The notes beneath the pieces are model-generated. The model was not told the origin of the DNA, did not search any database, and saw only the letters and a list, made by a program, of their open reading frames with translations. Both the position numbers and the translations under genes were made by a program. Positions 59,101 to 64,000 of a stretch of 64,000 nucleotides of DNA are shown one piece after another (the stretch's first letter is position 1; the number at the start of each line of letters is the position of its first letter). Origin of the DNA: Eledone cirrhosa (taxonomy: Eukaryota); the NCBI GenBank assembly GCA_964016885.1, contig OZ024743.1:209126001-209190000 (forward strand), read 5' to 3'.

Positions 59101-61050
59101 TATAGCCACAGATGATAGCTCTTCACTCCATAAGATAAACCACAGTTTACCATCCTATAGCCACAGATGAAAGCTCTTCACTCCATAAGATATACCACAG
59201 TTTACCATCCTATAGCCACAGATGAAAGCTGTTCACTCCATAAGATATACCACATTTTACCATCCTATAGCCACACATGAAAGTTCTTCACTCCATAAGA
59301 TATACCACAGTTTACCATCCTATAGCCACACATGGAAGCTCTTCACTCCATAAGATATACCACAGTTTACCATCCTATAGCCACACATGAAAGCTCTTCA
59401 CTCCTTAAGATATACCACAGTTTACCATCTTATAGCGAGATGAAACTCTTCACTCCATAAGATATACCACAGTTTACCATCCTATAGCCATGCATGAAAG
59501 CTCTTCACTCCATAAGATATACCACATTTTACCATCCTATAGCCACACATGAAAGCTCTTCACTCCATAAGATATACCACAGTTTACCATCCTATAGCCA
59601 CAGATGAAAGCTGTTCACTCCATAAGATATACCACAGTTTACCATCCTATAGCCACAGATGAAAGCTCTTCACTCCATAAGATATACCACAGTTTACCAT
59701 CCGATAGCCACACATGAAAGCTCTTCACTCCATAAGATATACCACAGTTTACCATCCTATAGCCAGATGAAAGTTCTTCACTCCATAAGATATACCACAG
59801 TTTACTATCCTATAGCCACAGATGATAGCTCTTCACTCCATAAGATAAACCACAGTTTACCATCCTATAGCCACAGATGAAAACTCTTCACTCCATAAGA
59901 TATACCACAGTTTACCATCCTATAGCCACAGATGAAAGCTGTTCACTCCATAAGATATACCACATTTTACCATCCTATAGCCACACATGAAAGTTCTTCA
60001 CTCCATAAGATATACCACAGTTTACCATCCTATAGCCACACATGGAAGCTCTTCACTCCATGAGATATACCACAGTTTACCATCCTATAGGCTCAGATGA
60101 AAGCTCTTCACTCCATAAGATATACCACAGTTTACCATCCTATAGCCACAGATGAAAGCTCTTCACTCCATAACATATACCACACTTTACCATCCTATAG
60201 CCACCAATGAGCTCTTCACTCCATAAGATATACCACAGTTTACCATCCTATTGCCAGATGAAAGCTCTTCACTCCATAAGATATACCACAGTTTACCATC
60301 CTATAGCCACGCCACGGATGAAAGCTCTTCACTCCATAAGATATACCTCAGTTTACCATCCTATAGCCACAGATGAAAGCTCTTCACTCTATAAGATATA
60401 CCACAGATTACCATCTTATAGTCACACATGAAAGCTCTTCACTCCATAAGATATACCACAGTTTACCATCCTATAGCCAGATGAAAGCTCTTCACTCCAT
60501 AAGATATACCACAGTTTACCATCCTATAGCCACAGATGATAGCTCTTCACTCCATAAGATAAACCACAGTTTACCATCCTATAGCCACAGATGAAAGCTC
60601 TTCACTCCATAAGATATACCACAGTTTACCATCCTATAGCCACAGATGAAAGCTGTTCACTCCATAAGATATACCACATTTTACCATCCTATAGCCACAC
60701 ATGAAAGTTCTTCACTCCATAAGATATACCACAGTTTACCATCCTATAGCCACACATGGAAGCTCTTCACTCCATAAGATATACCACAGTTTACCATCCT
60801 ATAGCCACACATGAAAGCTCTTCACTCCTTAAGATATACCACAGTTTACCATCTTATAGCGAGATGAAACTCTTCACTCCATAAGATATACCACAGTTTA
60901 CCATCCTATAGCCATGCATGAAACTCTTCACTCCATAAGATATACCACATTTTACCATCCTATAGCCACACATGAAAGCTCTTCACTCCATAAGATATAC
61001 CACAGTTTACCATCCTATAGCCACAGATGAAAGCTGTTCACTCCATAAGA
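58350..61050. repeat. 1424-bp tandem duplication
   Basis: ORF pairs 58783/60207 and 58949/60373. Marker CTCCTTAAG...CTTATAGCGAGATGAAACTC starts at 59401 and 60825. Confidence 0.87.
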
Positions 61051-64000
61051 TATACCACAGTTTACCATCCGATAGCCACACATGAAAGCTCTTCACTCCA
61101 TAAGATATACCACAGTTTACCATCCTATAGCCAGATGAAAGTTCTTCACTCCATAAGATATACCACAGTTTACCATCCTATAGCCACACATGAAAGCTCT
61201 TCACTCCATAAGATATACCACAGTTTACCATCCTATGGCCACAGATGAAAGCTCTTCACTCCATAAGATATACCACAGTTTACCATCCTATAGCCACACA
61301 TGAAAGCTCTTCACTCCATAAGATATACCACAGTTTACCATCATATAGCCACAGATGAAATCTCTTCACTCCATAAGATATAACACAGTTTACCATCCTA
61401 TGGCCAGAGATGAAATCTCTTCACTCCATAAGATATACCACAGTTTACCATCCTATAGCCACACATGAAAGCTGTTCACTCCATAAGATATACCACAGTT
61501 TACCATCCTATAGCCATAGATGAAAGCTCTTCACTCCATAAGATATACGACAGTTTACCATCCTATAGCCAGATGAAAGCTCTTAAATCCATAAGATGTA
61601 CCACAATTTACCATCCTATAGACACAGATGAAAGCTCTTCACACCATAAGATATACCACAGTTTACTATCCTATAGCCACACATGAAAGCTCTTCACTCC
61701 ATAAGATATACCACAGTTTACCATCCTATAGCCACAGATGAAAGCTCTTCACTCCATAAGATATACCACCGTTTACCATCCTATGGCCACAGATGAAAGC
61801 TCTTCACTCCATAAGATATACCACAGTTTACCACCCTATGGCCACAGATGAAAGCTCTTCACTCCATAAGATATACGACAGTTTATAAACCTATAGCGAC
61901 ACCACGGATGAAAGCTCTTCACTCCATAAGATATACCACAGTTTACCATCCTATAGCCACAGATGAAAGCTCTTCACTCTATAAGATATACCACAGTTTA
62001 CCATCGTATAGTGACACGTGAAAGCTCTTCACTCCATAAGATATACCACAGTTTACCATCCTATAGCCACAGATGATAGCTCTTCACTCCATAAGATATA
62101 CCACAGTTTACCATCCTATAGCCACAGATGAAAGCTCTTCACTCCATAAGATATACCACAGTTTACCATCCTATAGCCACAGATGAAAGCTGTTCACTCC
62201 ATAAGATATACCACATTTTACCATCCTATAGCCACACATGAAAGTTCTTCACTCCATAAGATATACCACAGTTTACCATCCTATAGCCACACATGGAAGC
62301 TCTTCACTCCATGAGATATACCACAGTTTACCATCCTATAGGCTCAGATGAAAGCTCTTCACTCCATAAGATATACCAGAGTTTACCATCCTATAGCCAC
62401 AGCTGAAAGCTCTTCACTCCATAAGTTATACCACAGTTTACCATCCTATAGCCACAGATGAAAGCTCTTCACTCCATAACATATACCACAGTTTACAATC
62501 CTATAGCCACACATGAGAGCTCTTCACTCCATAAGATATACCTCAGTTTACCATCCTATAGCCACACATGAAAACTCTTCACTCCATAAGATAAACCACA
62601 GTTTACCATCCTATAGCCAGATGAAAGCTTTTCAATACATAAGATATACCACAGTTTACCATCCTATAGCCACACATGAAAGCTCTTCACTCCATAAGAT
62701 ATACCACATTTTACCATCCTATAGCCACACATGAAAGCTCTTCACTCCATAAGATATACCACAGTTTACCATCCTATAGCCACACATGAAAGCTCTTCAC
62801 TCCATAAGATATACCACAGTTTACCATCCTATGGCCACAGATGAAAGCTCTTCACTCCATAAGATATACCACAGTTTACCATCATATAGCCACAGATGAA
62901 ATCTCTTCACTCCATAAGATATAACACAGTTTACCATCCTATGGCCACAGATGAAATCTCTTCACTCCATAAGATATACCACAGTTTACCATCCTATAGC
63001 CACACATGAAAGCTGTTCACTCCATAAGATATACCACAGTTTACCATCCTATAGCCATAGATGAAAGCTCTTCACTCCATAAGATATACGACAGTTTACC
63101 ATCCTATAGCCAGATGAAAGCTCTTAAATTCATAAGATATACCACAGTTTACCATCCTATAGACACAGATGAAAGCTCTTCACACCATAAGATATACCAC
63201 AGTTTACTATCCTATAGCCACACATGAAAGCTCTTCACTCCATAAGATATACCACAGTTTACCATCCTATAGCCACAGATGAAAGCTCTTCACTCTATAA
63301 GATATACCACAGTTTACCATCTTATAATGACACGGGAAAGCTCTTCACTCCATAAGATATACCACAGTTTACCATCCTATAGCCAGATGAAAGCTCTTCA
63401 CTCCATAAGATATACCACAGTTTACCATCCTATAGCCACAGATGATAGCTCTTCACTCCATAAGATATACCACAGTTTACCATCCTATAGCCACAGATGA
63501 AAGCTCTTCACTCCATAAGATATACCACAGTTTACCATCCTATAGCCACAGATGAAAGCTGTTCACTCCATAAGATATACCACATTTTACCATCCTATAG
63601 CCACACATGAAAGTTCTTCACTCCATAAGATATACCACAGTTTACCATCCTATAGCCACACATGGAAGCTCTTCACTCCATGAGATATACCACAGTTTAC
63701 CATCCTATAGGCTCAGATGAAAGCTCTTCACTCCATAAGATATACCAGAGTTTACCATCCTATAGCCACAGCTGAAAGCTCTTCACTCCATAAGTTATAC
63801 CACAGTTTACCATCCTATAGCCACAGATGAAAGCTCTTCACTCCATAACATATACCACAGTTTACAATCCTATAGCCACACATGAGAGCTCTTCACTCCA
63901 TAAGATATACCTCAGTTTACCATCCTATAGCCACACATGAAAACTCTTCACTCCATAAGATAAACCACAGTTTACCATCCTATAGCCAGATGAAAGCTTT
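60900..64000. repeat. Copy of the ~52.0-54.2 kb block (offset 8872-8984) followed by a further ~1.4-1.5 kb tandem copy
   Basis: ORF pairs 52155/61027, 53529/62513, 54022/63006 and 61465/63006. Marker CACAGCTGAA has its variant C at 53419, 62403 and 63772. Confidence 0.83.

Larger units (their letters stand above)
1..64000. repeat. Tandem satellite array of ~55-bp monomers (~1,170 copies), running off both window ends
   Basis: Every line is a copy of ATGAAAGCTCTTCACTCCATAAGATATACCACAGTTTACCATCCTATAGCCACA(C/G), usually with 0-3 substitutions. There are no spacers, no unique sequence and no orientation switch. Copy number is 64000 divided by ~54.7. Confidence 0.99.

Noticed and set aside
90-63500. 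About 100 short His/Ser/Tyr-rich ORFs (mostly 73 aa) as protein-coding genes
   Set aside because: They are translations of 55+53+55+55 monomer runs. Starts and stops come from the ATGA in every monomer, the monomer length is not a multiple of 3, and no frame is preserved.
1-64000. CRISPR array or other repeat-spacer/cassette system
   Set aside because: There are no unique spacers, leader or associated genes. Variation is only point substitutions and small indels inherited in duplicated blocks.
1-64000. Telomerase-type telomeric repeat or stable G-quadruplex array
   Set aside because: There is no TTAGGG-like unit and no GGG tracts. The 55-bp unit with inherited kilobase-scale variant blocks fits recombinational amplification, not template synthesis.
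1-64000. Binary C/G pattern at monomer ends as an information code
   Set aside because: The pattern is copied along with the block duplications, and nothing in the window suggests a reader or writer.
1-64000. Rolling-circle or sequencing concatemer artefact
   Set aside because: Variants recur in hierarchical, position-consistent blocks with small differences between copies. That fits evolved genomic repeats rather than random errors on one template, although individual duplications could still be misassembled.

Overview
The whole 64 kb window is one uninterrupted, head-to-tail tandem array (satellite DNA) of a ~55-bp monomer, consensus ATGAAAGCTCTTCACTCCATAAGATATACCACAGTTTACCATCCTATAGCCACA(C/G). 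It holds roughly 1,170 copies at 40% GC, all in one orientation. I see no genes, RNA genes, transposon insertions, CRISPR spacers or unique sequence. All ORFs in the track are by-products of the repeat. The informative signal is in the variant pattern. There are 53-, 54- and 60-bp length variants and nested higher-order duplications (for example 163, 878, 1424, 1428, 1866, 2524, 2847, 3123 and ~7067 bp). The layout is layered: the two ends of the window share diagnostic variants that the central ~33 kb lacks. The monomer looks built from ~11-bp CCA-phased subunits. It is probably eukaryotic heterochromatic or centromere-like satellite, but the organism and family cannot be identified from the sequence alone. 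I cannot support a claim of a new gene-encoded system here. All counts and offsets were made by eye or from the ORF track.
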